From positions 98,153-162,152 of the forward strand of contig JBMFRC010000007.1 in the NCBI GenBank assembly GCA_049968235.1: 64,000 bases of DNA, given 5' to 3'. Position numbers and translations under genes: made by a program. Source of the DNA: Candidatus Hydrogenedens sp. (lineage in GTDB: Bacteria; Hydrogenedentota; Hydrogenedentia; Hydrogenedentales; Hydrogenedentaceae). Positions 31,669-41,476 of this stretch are shown piece after piece. How positions within the stretch are numbered: the first letter of the stretch is position 1; every line of letters starts with the position of its first letter. The notes under the pieces are model-generated. The model saw only the letters and a list, made by a program, of their open reading frames with translations, was not told where the DNA came from and ran no database searches.

Positions 31669-33087
31669 ATGACAAAAAAAATCAGAGGCAATGAAGGTAT
31701 ATCCTCAATCACCGCAGTTATCCTTGTGCTGGGAGTTGCTTTCGCCACATTTGCGGTAACTGCATTGCTTATTAATATCTTTGAGAAACAACAAGAGGCA
31801 AAAAATCCTTTTTTCCGTGTTGTTGACATTAATGACGACACGGAAGACCCGGAAATCTGGGGAAAGAATTTTCCTATCCAGTATGACCTGTATAAAAGAA
31901 CTGTAGATATGGTCCGCACAAAATACGGTGGCAGTGAAGCATTACCTCATACGCCTACCGAAAATGACCCGCGTTTCGTTGTTAGCCAATCCAAAATTGA
32001 ACTCGACCCCCGACTAAAACGAATGTGGGCGGGTTATGCCTTTGCCATTGATTTTCGTGAAGAGCGAGGACATGCCTATATGCTCGATGACCAGACCTTC
32101 ACAGGCAGACAACAGAAGCCACAATTCGGTGTGTGTGCACATTGCCACGCATCAGTATATGTCCCCTATAAAAAATTGGGTAATGGCGACCTTATAAAAG
32201 GTTTTGAAAAGATGAATCCCATGCCCTATATGGAAGCGAGAAAACTCTTACAACATCCTGTTGCATGTATCGATTGTCATGACCCAAAAACCATGCAACT
32301 ACGAGTAACCCGTCCCGGTTTCCTTGAAGGAATTAAAACCTACAAAGAAGCTCAGGGAATAAAGGACTACAATCCCAACACTATGGCAAGCAGACAAGAA
32401 ATGCGGACCTATGTCTGTGCCCAATGCCATGTTGAATATTATTTCAAAGGCGATGAAAAACGACTTACCTACCCATGGCATAAAGGTCTGGAAGCAGATA
32501 ATATCCTCGCCTACTACGATGAAATCAACTTCAAAGATTGGGTTCATGCAGAAACAAATGCACCTATGCTCAAAGCACAACATCCTGAATTTGAATTATG
32601 GAGTCAGGGCATTCATGCTCGTTCCGGTGTCGCCTGTGCAGATTGCCACATGCCATATACTCGCGTAGGAGCTTTAAAAGTAAGTGACCATCATGTCCGT
32701 AGTCCATTATTGAATATTAACCGTGCCTGCCAGACCTGTCACCATTTCTCCGAAGAAGAACTCAAAGCACGCGTAGAACGTATTCAAGACAAAACAGCTG
32801 AAATGAAAGATATGGCAATGGATTCTCTTATAGCACTCATTGACGATATTAAACGAATCCTGGATACAGGCATCTCCAATGAAAAAGTTGAAGAAGCCCG
32901 CTTATGCCAGCGTCGTGCGTCATTCCTGATAGACTTTGTTGAGGCGGAAAACTCCACAGGCTTCCACGCCGACCAGGAATCCGCCCGTATCCTATTCAAA
33001 GCCATGGACCATCTTCGCAAAGGACAGGTCGCACTCAAAGACGCCATTACCCTCTACCAGGCATACGGCAACACAACAACAAACTAA
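31669..33087 (+). CDS. nrfA: Ammonia-forming cytochrome c nitrite reductase NrfA (pentaheme)
   Basis: 472 aa. N-terminal signal anchor. Five heme motifs CAHCH, CIDCH, CAQCH, CADCH and CQTCH, plus the conserved LKAQHPEFE and YxxH regions. AAGGAAAAG RBS. Confidence 0.9.
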   Translation: MTKKIRGNEGISSITAVILVLGVAFATFAVTALLINIFEKQQEAKNPFFRVVDINDDTEDPEIWGKNFPIQYDLYKRTVDMVRTKYGGSEALPHTPTENDPRFVVSQSKIELDPRLKRMWAGYAFAIDFREERGHAYMLDDQTFTGRQQKPQFGVCAHCHASVYVPYKKLGNGDLIKGFEKMNPMPYMEARKLLQHPVACIDCHDPKTMQLRVTRPGFLEGIKTYKEAQGIKDYNPNTMASRQEMRTYVCAQCHVEYYFKGDEKRLTYPWHKGLEADNILAYYDEINFKDWVHAETNAPMLKAQHPEFELWSQGIHARSGVACADCHMPYTRVGALKVSDHHVRSPLLNINRACQTCHHFSEEELKARVERIQDKTAEMKDMAMDSLIALIDDIKRILDTGISNEKVEEARLCQRRASFLIDFVEAENSTGFHADQESARILFKAMDHLRKGQVALKDAITLYQAYGNTTTN

Positions 33088-33146
33088 TCTATCTCCATCA
33101 TATCTAATTTTTCTATTAAAATATTTGAACATATTAATCATCTTAA

Positions 33147-34004
33147 CTATCTCTTTTTTTTGCAGTCGAAGTAGTGGTTGTTTTTGGGACCGAACCAGCC
33201 GACATTCCATGCACGATTAATAGCACCGTAGGCATTTTCTTCCGTTGCCCATTCCCAGCGTTCTGAGGTGATATGTCCATCACACCATAAGACATTTGCC
33301 CTGCCCCAATGTCGAAAATGTAATGTTGGCGACATATATACACCTTCCTGCCCTCGTGGATAATTTGCTGAAACCATCAATGGCGGTTCCACAAAACTAT
33401 ATTCGACAATATATCCATTCTGAGGCATTCCACTATCTGCAAACATAATCGTCTCTGAGGGATTTTCAATCATCCGCTCATGCATTCCTGATTTACATGC
33501 TTTTACCGGGTCATGTTCGATACTCAACATGGAACCGACATACGCCATGTTATATCCATAGCCGCCCGAACCCGATTCAAATGCGTTGGGAACCTCGCCT
33601 AAACTCCGATATTCAAAAAATTCCGAGCATTCTTTAATCCTTCCCTCCGGCACATATTCAAATAACGGTCCTTTGCGAAAATCGAACGGCGTATCTGGAT
33701 TTGGGGTATCTCGTCTTCCATGCCATCTACATCTACCTCCGAAATGGTCAGGTTCCGAACCCGGCAACAAAAAATCATACATATCCGAGGCGGCTGGAAC
33801 ATAATACCCATTATTCTCTGACGCATACATTGTATTAGCAAGGTACAATTGTCTCAAATTATTCACACATGAGACACTCCTTGCCTGTGCCCGTGCCCTT
33901 GATAATGCAGGTAGAAGTATAATTGCCAGAATGCTAATGATGGCAATAACAACCAGCAGTTCAATTAGAGTAAATCCCATATTTCTCTGCAAATTAAAAA
34001 ACAT
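33147..34004 (-). CDS. DUF1559 family protein with prepilin-type N-terminal cleavage/methylation domain
   Basis: 285 aa. [45 protein letters not shown]-terminal H-X9-DG motif ([13 protein letters not shown]). Its start overlaps the stop of the upstream surface-protein gene. Confidence 0.8.
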   Translation of the reverse strand: MFFNLQRNMGFTLIELLVVIAIISILAIILLPALSRARAQARSVSCVNNLRQLYLANTMYASENNGYYVPAASDMYDFLLPGSEPDHFGGRCRWHGRRDTPNPDTPFDFRKGPLFEYVPEGRIKECSEFFEYRSLGEVPNAFESGSGGYGYNMAYVGSMLSIEHDPVKACKSGMHERMIENPSETIMFADSGMPQNGYIVEYSFVEPPLMVSANYPRGQEGVYMSPTLHFRHWGRANVLWCDGHITSERWEWATEENAYGAINRAWNVGWFGPKNNHYFDCKKKR

Positions 34005-36108
34005 TCTGACCTCTTTTTACTTTCTCTTTCTTATCTGTGAGGAGAAGCAGTCCTATGACGACACATATTAGAGCCAAAAAAGCACTGCCTGCCATAGGAA
34101 GTGTTTTTACCTCAAACTCAAAATTCCGGCATATTAATTCATGAGAACGATATTCATCATCATAAATACATACCTCTACATAAGCAGTCCCACCTACAGA
34201 TATAGGTTTTACAACAAAATATATCCTCCCTTCAGAAATTGTAATTTGATGCCCCGGAACAGCACGCAATACATCCGATGTAACTATTGTTCCACCTGCA
34301 ATATCTACTGTAACCACACCCGTCTGTAATGGATTTCCGTAAATATCCTGAAATTCATCCGAAATAAAACTGAAATACTGCCCACCTTCTCCCATATTCC
34401 ATAAATTAGCAATATACGCTGGCGGTCCCGGTAAAATATCAATAAATATCTCTCCGTGTATCGTATTATCTATACTCTGAACCCAAAGTTTTCCCTTTCC
34501 TGCTACAGTTCCAGCCTCCACATTTATCTCCAATTTTCCATCCTTCACCGCAACCTGAAGACCGTCAATAATTACATCCTCATCCATATTCAAAATATCC
34601 AGCAAAAAAGTATTAATCGTAAACAGTTTCCCATCTGAAACTGGATTATTTTCCACATCCCTTATCTCATCACCCGTAACCCTTACAACATCTCCATATC
34701 CTACCACCTTTGTCTGCGATGGGTTCGCTGTTAAATGAATATGTCCCTGTCCCGGATTAATATCTCCTTCCCCTGCTAATGAAAATATCGCAAATACGCC
34801 CGGATACCGTGTTTGAAAAATTATCTTATTATTCACAAGGTCACGGTCAATAACATTTACATCTGAATTTACCCATTCTGTCCCATTCCAGCGATAAACA
34901 TTTATCTCCGCTTCATCCATCCCATGAATTTGCTCTGCATTGTATCGGACTCTCATCTTTGCCCATGCAATTTGAGCATTCTGAAAATCATTTACAGAGG
35001 AGGATAATTGAATGAACAAACCGCCCTTTACCAATCCATTTACTCCTACTGTTGACGGATCTGGAACGGATTGCAAATCCACACTACAATTATAAGGTCT
35101 TTCACCCGTTCTAATCCCGGATGAAACTAATGTTATACAAATGTAATCTTCTGGATTACATGCAGTCCCCAACTCCATACCCGCTGGACTACCTCCCCAA
35201 ATACCAGGTATTTCCAGAGGCAGAACGGTGCTTTCCGGTCGGTTCGGGTCTGTTCCGGAAACTTGTGTTTCATACTCATCAAGAACTCCATCCCCATCTG
35301 TATCTATATCTGGTGCCACATCGGCAAATGCCATAACTTCCGTTGTATAAAAACCATACACAGGGTCAAGAATATTGGGTATTGTTGAAATTCGTATAAA
35401 ATCGAATTCATCAAGATTTGCCGGGGTTCCCGATTCATCAACAGCCCATGCAATATCAAACGCATCACCGCCCCCGCTACCTATATCAATACCTACAGTC
35501 TTTGGATTATCCGGTCGCAAATAATTATCCTTATACGGTGGCATGGTCGGATTGGTATCCGCATAACCCCACACTACTTCCTGGTTCGTTGTCGTAATTA
35601 CATTTCCTGCAAATGGTGGTGTATTGTTTGTCAATCCCTGAGGGAAAACAATCCTATTTAAGTTTCTACTACCAGGAATAACATACCACACATCATCCGC
35701 CAACCCATTTTTATTCACATCCTTTGATATTTCAATTAGTCCGGGTTCTATAAACTTCCTGTGCATATCCCCTCCAATCCAAAAGGCATTGGAATAAATA
35801 ATACAATCCAGCCCCATCGGATTATGGGGGTCATCCTTTACAGGAGTATTAAACTTCACAATAATAAAACTTTCTTGAGGTGCTCCCGGTGTGCCGATTG
35901 AATAAATACCACTCATTGACGGTAAACTTACACCAAACCCTAATGGTGCTCCCAAAACATCGTGCGGATTGGTAAAGCCAACATTTTGATTTATCCCAAA
36001 ATAGGACACAACCTCATCTGCCCATGGGTCATCATCCGCATAAGAATATACGGAGATAATGCAACATAGGAGAATAATCAATAAATATCTTTTTTTTCTG
36101 TCAAACAT
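33994..36108 (-). CDS. Large secreted cell-surface protein with C-terminal membrane anchor (hypothetical), downstream of a cobalamin riboswitch
   Basis: 704 aa. Signal peptide [24 protein letters not shown]. Beta-rich Gly/Asp/Asn-rich body containing a Ca-binding-like [13 protein letters not shown]-terminus [35 protein letters not shown] is a motif, then a TM helix, then a basic tail. Confidence 0.7.
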   Translation of the reverse strand: MFDRKKRYLLIILLCCIISVYSYADDDPWADEVVSYFGINQNVGFTNPHDVLGAPLGFGVSLPSMSGIYSIGTPGAPQESFIIVKFNTPVKDDPHNPMGLDCIIYSNAFWIGGDMHRKFIEPGLIEISKDVNKNGLADDVWYVIPGSRNLNRIVFPQGLTNNTPPFAGNVITTTNQEVVWGYADTNPTMPPYKDNYLRPDNPKTVGIDIGSGGGDAFDIAWAVDESGTPANLDEFDFIRISTIPNILDPVYGFYTTEVMAFADVAPDIDTDGDGVLDEYETQVSGTDPNRPESTVLPLEIPGIWGGSPAGMELGTACNPEDYICITLVSSGIRTGERPYNCSVDLQSVPDPSTVGVNGLVKGGLFIQLSSSVNDFQNAQIAWAKMRVRYNAEQIHGMDEAEINVYRWNGTEWVNSDVNVIDRDLVNNKIIFQTRYPGVFAIFSLAGEGDINPGQGHIHLTANPSQTKVVGYGDVVRVTGDEIRDVENNPVSDGKLFTINTFLLDILNMDEDVIIDGLQVAVKDGKLEINVEAGTVAGKGKLWVQSIDNTIHGEIFIDILPGPPAYIANLWNMGEGGQYFSFISDEFQDIYGNPLQTGVVTVDIAGGTIVTSDVLRAVPGHQITISEGRIYFVVKPISVGGTAYVEVCIYDDEYRSHELICRNFEFEVKTLPMAGSAFLALICVVIGLLLLTDKKEKVKRGQNVF

Positions 36109-36239
36109 CGCATCTATAGCCTTTCAAAATTTTGTTCAGGCTACAGACGGAGGATTAAACACTGGAAGGGAAGTTGTTCAGCCCATATTTGATGGACTGT
36201 CAGACATCAGCCTTCCCGCGAGACCTCAGTCTGTTCGCT

Positions 36240-36410
36240 CAAATCGGACAGCAACTGGTAGGTCTTCGGACTTGCAGGCACAAACCTACTTGGCTCGGCT
36301 TCCCAGAAATGCATCCAGTGCCATTACGAGCTGTTCGTTCCTGCTCACCGCTGCGGGGCAGTTCCGGCTTTGCACCGGATTCCCTCTTAGCACCCTTTAC
36401 ACTACTTTGG
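36240..36410 (-). promoter_or_regulatory. Cobalamin (AdoCbl) riboswitch
   Basis: The minus-strand RNA reads AGGGUGCUAAGAGGGAAUCCGGUGCAAAGCCGGAACUGCCCCGCAGCGGUGAGCAGG...AUGGCACUGG...GCAAGUCCGAAGACCUACCAGUUGC. This matches the conserved cobalamin-riboswitch core (cf. E. coli btuB leader GGGAAUCCAGUGCGAAUCUGGAGCUGACGCGCAGCGGUAAGG) and the B12 box (cf. AAGCCCGAAGACCUGCC). Local GC is far above the surroundings. Confidence 0.75.
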
Positions 36411-36555
36411 GTGACCAGTCACAGAGCGATTCAATTTTGTTTGTATTCACTTATAGAGTAATAACACAAAAAGATAAAAAATTTCAAATATTTCAGAACC
36501 AATATACCTCTATATGGTATATTAATATTATAGATGTCAAAAGGAAAAAACGAAT

Positions 36556-36807
36556 ATGATATTTGATTTTAGTAAGTGTCAATCATCTAAAGAAAATATT
36601 CAAAACGCTATAGGACTATGGATTCTTAATATTCAAGGAAAAGATGTTTGTTTCTGGGGAAATTTTGAAGAAGCTTCAAAAACTGCAGAACTTTATTTAA
36701 AAACAAAGAACATAGAAAATACTACTGTTTATCTAATAGATTGTGTTGATTATAGCCAGATGTTCCATGAGGATCATTCTATAAATTCCTATTCCCAATC
36801 TATTTAA
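36556..36807 (+). CDS. Small hypothetical protein
   Basis: 83 aa. AAGGAAAAAA RBS. Upstream extended -10-like tggTATATT at about 36513-36521. No known domain. Confidence 0.3.
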   Translation: MIFDFSKCQSSKENIQNAIGLWILNIQGKDVCFWGNFEEASKTAELYLKTKNIENTTVYLIDCVDYSQMFHEDHSINSYSQSI

Positions 36808-36983
36808 TGCTTTAATCTATTTATTTTTCTATTAATGATAATAAAAATTAATTATATTATTTTTCTTATTTATAAATAAAATTCTTTATTTTATCCCGAA
36901 AATTTGGCAAAATCTGGAATAATATGTTATAATTTCAATGATAATGATTGTTTTCATTAAATTATAATAAAAGGATTTATTAT

Positions 36984-37427
36984 ATGTTATCATTCGTAGA
37001 TGTTCGATGTCCTCATTGCGGAGCACAGGGAAAAATTGTCCTTCCTCCTCTGGGAACAGTTTTAATTGGACCCTGTCCACAATGCAAAGGTATGGTCGCT
37101 TTGTTCAATGGGACAACACTCCCGTTAGACAGCAAAATAATATTAGACGGTACTCTTGAAGAGAAGAAAAAACATATAGTTGATGTATTTAATGCTTTTA
37201 TCGAAGAGAAAGTGGTAGAATTTTTTAATCCTAAAAAAGAAGGACTATCTCCTCAACCGGATGATGCTAATGATTCATACAAATCAGAACATAGAATTGA
37301 AGAATACAGTCACAAAAAAATGAAAAAAAATAAACCTATCTCACGCGACGAAGTTATGAAATTTAAAGAATCAGAAATAGACCTCCTCGATAATCCTGAA
37401 ATATTTCGTAAATATTTCAGCAACTAA
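36984..37427 (+). CDS. Zinc-ribbon protein (CPHCG...CPQC), hypothetical
   Basis: Start trimmed to the ATG at 36984 (AAAGGA RBS). MLSFVDVRCPHCGAQGKIVLPPLGTVLIGPCPQCKG four-Cys zinc ribbon, then a charged C-terminal tail. Confidence 0.5.
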   Translation: MLSFVDVRCPHCGAQGKIVLPPLGTVLIGPCPQCKGMVALFNGTTLPLDSKIILDGTLEEKKKHIVDVFNAFIEEKVVEFFNPKKEGLSPQPDDANDSYKSEHRIEEYSHKKMKKNKPISRDEVMKFKESEIDLLDNPEIFRKYFSN

Positions 37428-37610
37428 TAATCATAAACGGTAAAGATGAATAATCGAGTTGTAGTTAGTAACACAATTATAGTTGTAAGTTCCAATAAAA
37501 AATATAAAATAATTTACAGGATATGAAGCGAATTTATACAGGGTAGTTGGGCATAATAATTTATATTTTTCTTCTGCACCGTTTTTATTTAATTTATTTA
37601 ATATTGTATT

Positions 37611-38750
37611 TTATTGTGGTAGTTTTTTGCTGTGTTCACAAGATACGCGATACAGTTCCCATGCAATCGCCCCATTTACCACTCCACTTGATGCTAATGC
37701 TGGCACATCATAGCCCGGTATGGGAACACACGCATCTCCAAATGGCCACATAGGGTCAATCCATACCGTATCTTTGTCTGTCGGGAAGTCCCGGTCCATA
37801 TATGGTGCTACATACACTGATTTCGCACCTGCGTTTTTTGCTCGTTCAAGCATATTCCGTGGGGGATGTTGATAACCAATGTGAATTACCACATCCCCTC
37901 TGGAATAGACATCCTTCGGTTCAGGGATATAACTAAATCCAGCATTCCATACCTCAGACCGGAACAAACTGCCAATAGATGTCTTACTAACCTCGTCCGG
38001 GAAGATATGTCCCATACTATACATTGTAAGAGTTCGACCCGATTTCTTTGCCTCCGCTACCCATAAACCTACCGTGTCGAAATCTGCTCGATGTTGCTGT
38101 TCACAACGCCGTAACATTGCAGAAACACGCATAGCATAATCCTTCGCCAGAACCCCCGGCAGAATTGGTGAAACTGCATGTGTATCGTGCCAGAATATAT
38201 GATTGCCTTGATATTTCTGTTGTCGCAGTATACCCCCATAAAGTCCAATGCTCTCAAAAAGCACAGGCATTTTCCCCAATCGTGTGCACGCAGATACTAA
38301 TTCTCCTGTGAACATCCATGCATAAATTGCCATCGTCAGTGTTGGAGAAAGACCATAGTCATGCATCAACAGTGTAGTTACTCCCGGGATTGTCTGCGTA
38401 ATACCAAAAACCACCCAGCATGCCCCCGGTGTTGTTGCTTCTTCGGGCAGTGGATGTTCTGTATCTACAAAAAATAGCACGGCGTCACTATCCGTATTAA
38501 TCTTCTCCGGAAGTGTAGTAGTAAGCATCAACCCACCGGCTCGTCCTGTCACCTCACTTACCAATGCGGGATTTCCACCTGCATAGAGTTTGCCCCCTGC
38601 AGTTATTCTCTTTGCCACTATTTCCCCCGCCTGCACCATAGCAGGAATGTCTTCCTGTGCATGGACTAAGGCATCTGCTGTCCGAAGTAAATATGAATCA
38701 GGCATTATACCCATCGTCATAATCGCCGTTATGAATACAAGCATATTCAC
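37611..38750 (-). CDS. Hypothetical protein, compositionally GC-rich relative to its neighbours
   Basis: 379-aa ORF with markedly higher GC (about 50 percent) than the flanking DNA. Hydrophobic N-terminus. No family recognised from sequence. Confidence 0.55.
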   Translation of the reverse strand: MNMLVFITAIMTMGIMPDSYLLRTADALVHAQEDIPAMVQAGEIVAKRITAGGKLYAGGNPALVSEVTGRAGGLMLTTTLPEKINTDSDAVLFFVDTEHPLPEEATTPGACWVVFGITQTIPGVTTLLMHDYGLSPTLTMAIYAWMFTGELVSACTRLGKMPVLFESIGLYGGILRQQKYQGNHIFWHDTHAVSPILPGVLAKDYAMRVSAMLRRCEQQHRADFDTVGLWVAEAKKSGRTLTMYSMGHIFPDEVSKTSIGSLFRSEVWNAGFSYIPEPKDVYSRGDVVIHIGYQHPPRNMLERAKNAGAKSVYVAPYMDRDFPTDKDTVWIDPMWPFGDACVPIPGYDVPALASSGVVNGAIAWELYRVSCEHSKKLPQ

Positions 38751-39096
38751 ACCTCCATGTCCCGTTCTTACTACCTGTATATTTTTAACAACCTATATTT
38801 AGTCATTGCACCAAATTCAGTATATTATAAAAATTTCATACTCCACAATATCCATCAATATTCACATAAATTTATTTATAAAATCGGATACTAAAAGACT
38901 TTTTCATACCTACTCAATCTTTATATATATTAAGTTAATAAATGTGAATGAGATGCGAAAGAATGTTTAGTAACCTTAAAAATGTTTGTAAATATTTAGA
39001 TAACCAATTCACGCAAATTAATCGTTATATATTTAAGAAAATCAAATACTTGATTTTAATAAAGGTATTATCATATAATCACCTTCTAAAATATGA

Positions 39097-39173
39097 CGCG
39101 GGGTGGAGCAGTCTGGCAGCTCGTTGGGCTCATAACCCAAAGGTCGCTGGTTCGAATCCAGCCCCCGCTACCA
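39097..39173 (+). tRNA. Initiator tRNA-Met (anticodon CAT)
   Basis: CGCGGGGTGGAGCAGTCTGGCAGCTCGTTGGGCTCATAACCCAAAGGTCGCTGGTTCGAATCCAGCCCCCGCTACCA. C1:A72 mismatch and three G-C pairs closing the anticodon stem (GGG/CCC) are initiator hallmarks. CCA is encoded. Confidence 0.85.
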
Positions 39174-39183
39174 AATTTGAAAC

Positions 39184-39235
39184 AAAAACGGTATACAATA
39201 ATGTGTACCGTTTTTCTTTTTTTTTATTTATTTCT
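39184..39235 (+). terminator. Rho-independent terminator after the tRNA
   Basis: AAAAACGGTA / TACCGTTTTT stem extended by uaca/ugug pairs, followed by cuuuuuuuuuuau. Confidence 0.55.
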
Positions 39236-39333
39236 GCTATATTTTATCTTCAATAACATTGAAAACAAATAAAAAATAAATGATAATATTAATGAAGATA
39301 ACTATTTCTCCATCGGATTAAAAGAAATTTCTA

Positions 39334-41037
39334 ATGATTTACTTTTTTATTTCATATTCAATATTATTCCTTAGTTTTACAATCTCATCTCCGCCAACTT
39401 TTCAGGATTTGATGGCTCCTGATTTATTCCCAGAACCACAGTGTGGAATGCTTGTAGAAAAAGCAGAAATTGTTGATGGGAATTTATCCGTCTTGACAAC
39501 AGGTACGGAATTTTCACTTAATAAAACAGGTAATGGCACTTTTAAACAACGAATTGGACATTACCGTCCTGTTCTCATAATGAATATTGAACCATGCATT
39601 GCAGAAGTCTCTCCACAGATAATTACAAATTCCCCCGGACGCGTTATTATTTCTCATAATAATTTCAATCTTCGCATCAATGGTGATTCTCTATTCATGT
39701 TTCAAGCATTAAAACTTTTAACAATAACAGTATCCCGAAAATTTGATGCTGGTTTTCATGCATCATATAAAGCAAATCATGTGTTATTTGATGAATATGG
39801 AGGATTCGGCTTGTTTTATTCGGAACAGGAAGTGGAAGATGAATTCAATCCTTATGAAGAGATAACCGCAAAATATACCATTCCTCCTAATGCTGTTTTA
39901 TGGATAGGTATCTGTCCACCAAAACCATATAATTGGGAGCGTTCTATTAAAGATAATGTCGTCTGGCACTGGTCAAATCAATTAGGTTACCCTTCCAATA
40001 CTGATTTAATATCTTGGGCAAAAGAAGGAAATATCATCCTGCTTCAATCAGAAGTAATGTTATGGAAAGACTGGAACCTTGCTTTCATCCCAAGATTGGG
40101 TGAATCAGAATTCTCACGCGTTCGTGAAACCTGCCATCAACACGGATTAAAATTTATTGTCTATACAAGCCCCTTCTATTTCTTAAAAGGCACACCTTTT
40201 GAATCCCAATCCATGAATTCATTCGAAAATTTTAAAGGTTGGCCCCCCGGTGATGCCACAGGCAGAAACATAGACTTATTTTTATCAGAGATTACTCGAG
40301 TTATGCAGGAATACAAACCTGATGGTTTTTATTTTGATGGGCAATACACAGATAACCCTGCACCATTATATATGCTTGCCAGAAAAAGTCGCGAACTATT
40401 AGGAGAAAATGCCATTTTAGAATGGCACTCAACATGGGCTCTTGGCAACGGACAATGTTTCTTCCCTCAAGCCGATGCTTATGTTGATTTTATACTGCGA
40501 GGGGAAGGGCAAAATATGCTATATAAAGATTTCAATTATCTTCGCTATTTTGTTTCATGTTATAACACCAGCAACAGTATTGGTGTTTTATGCACAAATG
40601 GACCTGATAAACCTGATGCAGATACTATTGACCGTCTACTTCAAGCAAATTGCCGTCTTCATACTATTGTAGGCTGGCTACAAAATAAAGATATGATGAA
40701 TTTATTGAAAACACATTATCGCTATAAACTTACCCCTGACCTGCGTAAAGAAATCGAACAACTGGCGGATAAAAGACAGAAAGAAATTCCAAACATCGCT
40801 AAAAAAAGAGCCGAAGAAATGAACATTCTACTTCATGAGCCTTCATGGAAAGAATCGATTTTTACAGAGGAATTCAACAGCATACCCAATTGTAAATCAT
40901 CAATTTCCCCACTTAATGAGAATCCATTTTTAGTTCAAAATGGAATTATGTCCATCTCGGCTCTACCTCACACTTACGCATATTTCACCTGTCCATTAGA
41001 TAAAATTATTCAGGGATTTATCGTCCGATTTAAATAG
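39334..41037 (+). CDS. Secreted hypothetical protein (possible glycosidase-like)
   Basis: 567 aa. Signal peptide MIYFFISYSILFLSFTISS. No confidently recognised family. Ends at a TAG that is in frame with the next ORF. Confidence 0.6.
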   Translation: MIYFFISYSILFLSFTISSPPTFQDLMAPDLFPEPQCGMLVEKAEIVDGNLSVLTTGTEFSLNKTGNGTFKQRIGHYRPVLIMNIEPCIAEVSPQIITNSPGRVIISHNNFNLRINGDSLFMFQALKLLTITVSRKFDAGFHASYKANHVLFDEYGGFGLFYSEQEVEDEFNPYEEITAKYTIPPNAVLWIGICPPKPYNWERSIKDNVVWHWSNQLGYPSNTDLISWAKEGNIILLQSEVMLWKDWNLAFIPRLGESEFSRVRETCHQHGLKFIVYTSPFYFLKGTPFESQSMNSFENFKGWPPGDATGRNIDLFLSEITRVMQEYKPDGFYFDGQYTDNPAPLYMLARKSRELLGENAILEWHSTWALGNGQCFFPQADAYVDFILRGEGQNMLYKDFNYLRYFVSCYNTSNSIGVLCTNGPDKPDADTIDRLLQANCRLHTIVGWLQNKDMMNLLKTHYRYKLTPDLRKEIEQLADKRQKEIPNIAKKRAEEMNILLHEPSWKESIFTEEFNSIPNCKSSISPLNENPFLVQNGIMSISALPHTYAYFTCPLDKIIQGFIVRFK

Positions 41038-41052
41038 GGGACAGATACGGGA

Positions 41053-41418
41053 ATGTCATGGGGTCCTGCTGTTCAAATTCGCTGGGGAAATGGAGCAAAA
41101 TTAAGACTTGGCATTCGTAGCGATGGGCTAATTCAACTTGACATCGGTGGTGAACAAAAGTTATTTAAAGGTTTTATTCCTGATGAATGGGTTCAATTAC
41201 GAATCCGCTGGACCGAACATACGGGACTTATCGAAATGTTAAAATCAGACAATCAATGGCAAAAAATTACCCATTTCACTCATGCCTGTCCCATTCACAA
41301 TCCTGCTGAAAGCATATCCTTCGGCAAAGTTCCCTACAACGGAGAACCTATTGACTACTCTAATAATGAAAATCTTCCCATCGGCACTAATGAATGGGAT
41401 AAGATTATTGTGTACTAA
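41053..41418 (+). CDS. Hypothetical small beta-rich protein, possibly the C-terminal domain of the upstream gene
   Basis: 121 aa. Same reading frame as 39334..41037, separated only by the TAG at 41035-41037. No signal peptide of its own. Confidence 0.35.
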   Translation: MSWGPAVQIRWGNGAKLRLGIRSDGLIQLDIGGEQKLFKGFIPDEWVQLRIRWTEHTGLIEMLKSDNQWQKITHFTHACPIHNPAESISFGKVPYNGEPIDYSNNENLPIGTNEWDKIIVY

Positions 41419-41476
41419 AGGTCTGACATGTCAGACTCATTTATAATAGTATTAACCCATTTAGGAGGAGATTCTC

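Noticed and set aside
36059-36559. Plus-strand ORFs 36059..36559 (166 aa) and 36174..36461 (95 aa) in a GC-rich stretch
   Set aside because: They overlap the minus-strand cobalamin riboswitch. Their GC richness reflects structured RNA, and no RBS or protein-family signal is present.
38948-39256. 102-aa ORF spanning the tRNA-fMet gene
   Set aside because: It fully contains a canonical tRNA and its terminator, so it is a spurious frame.
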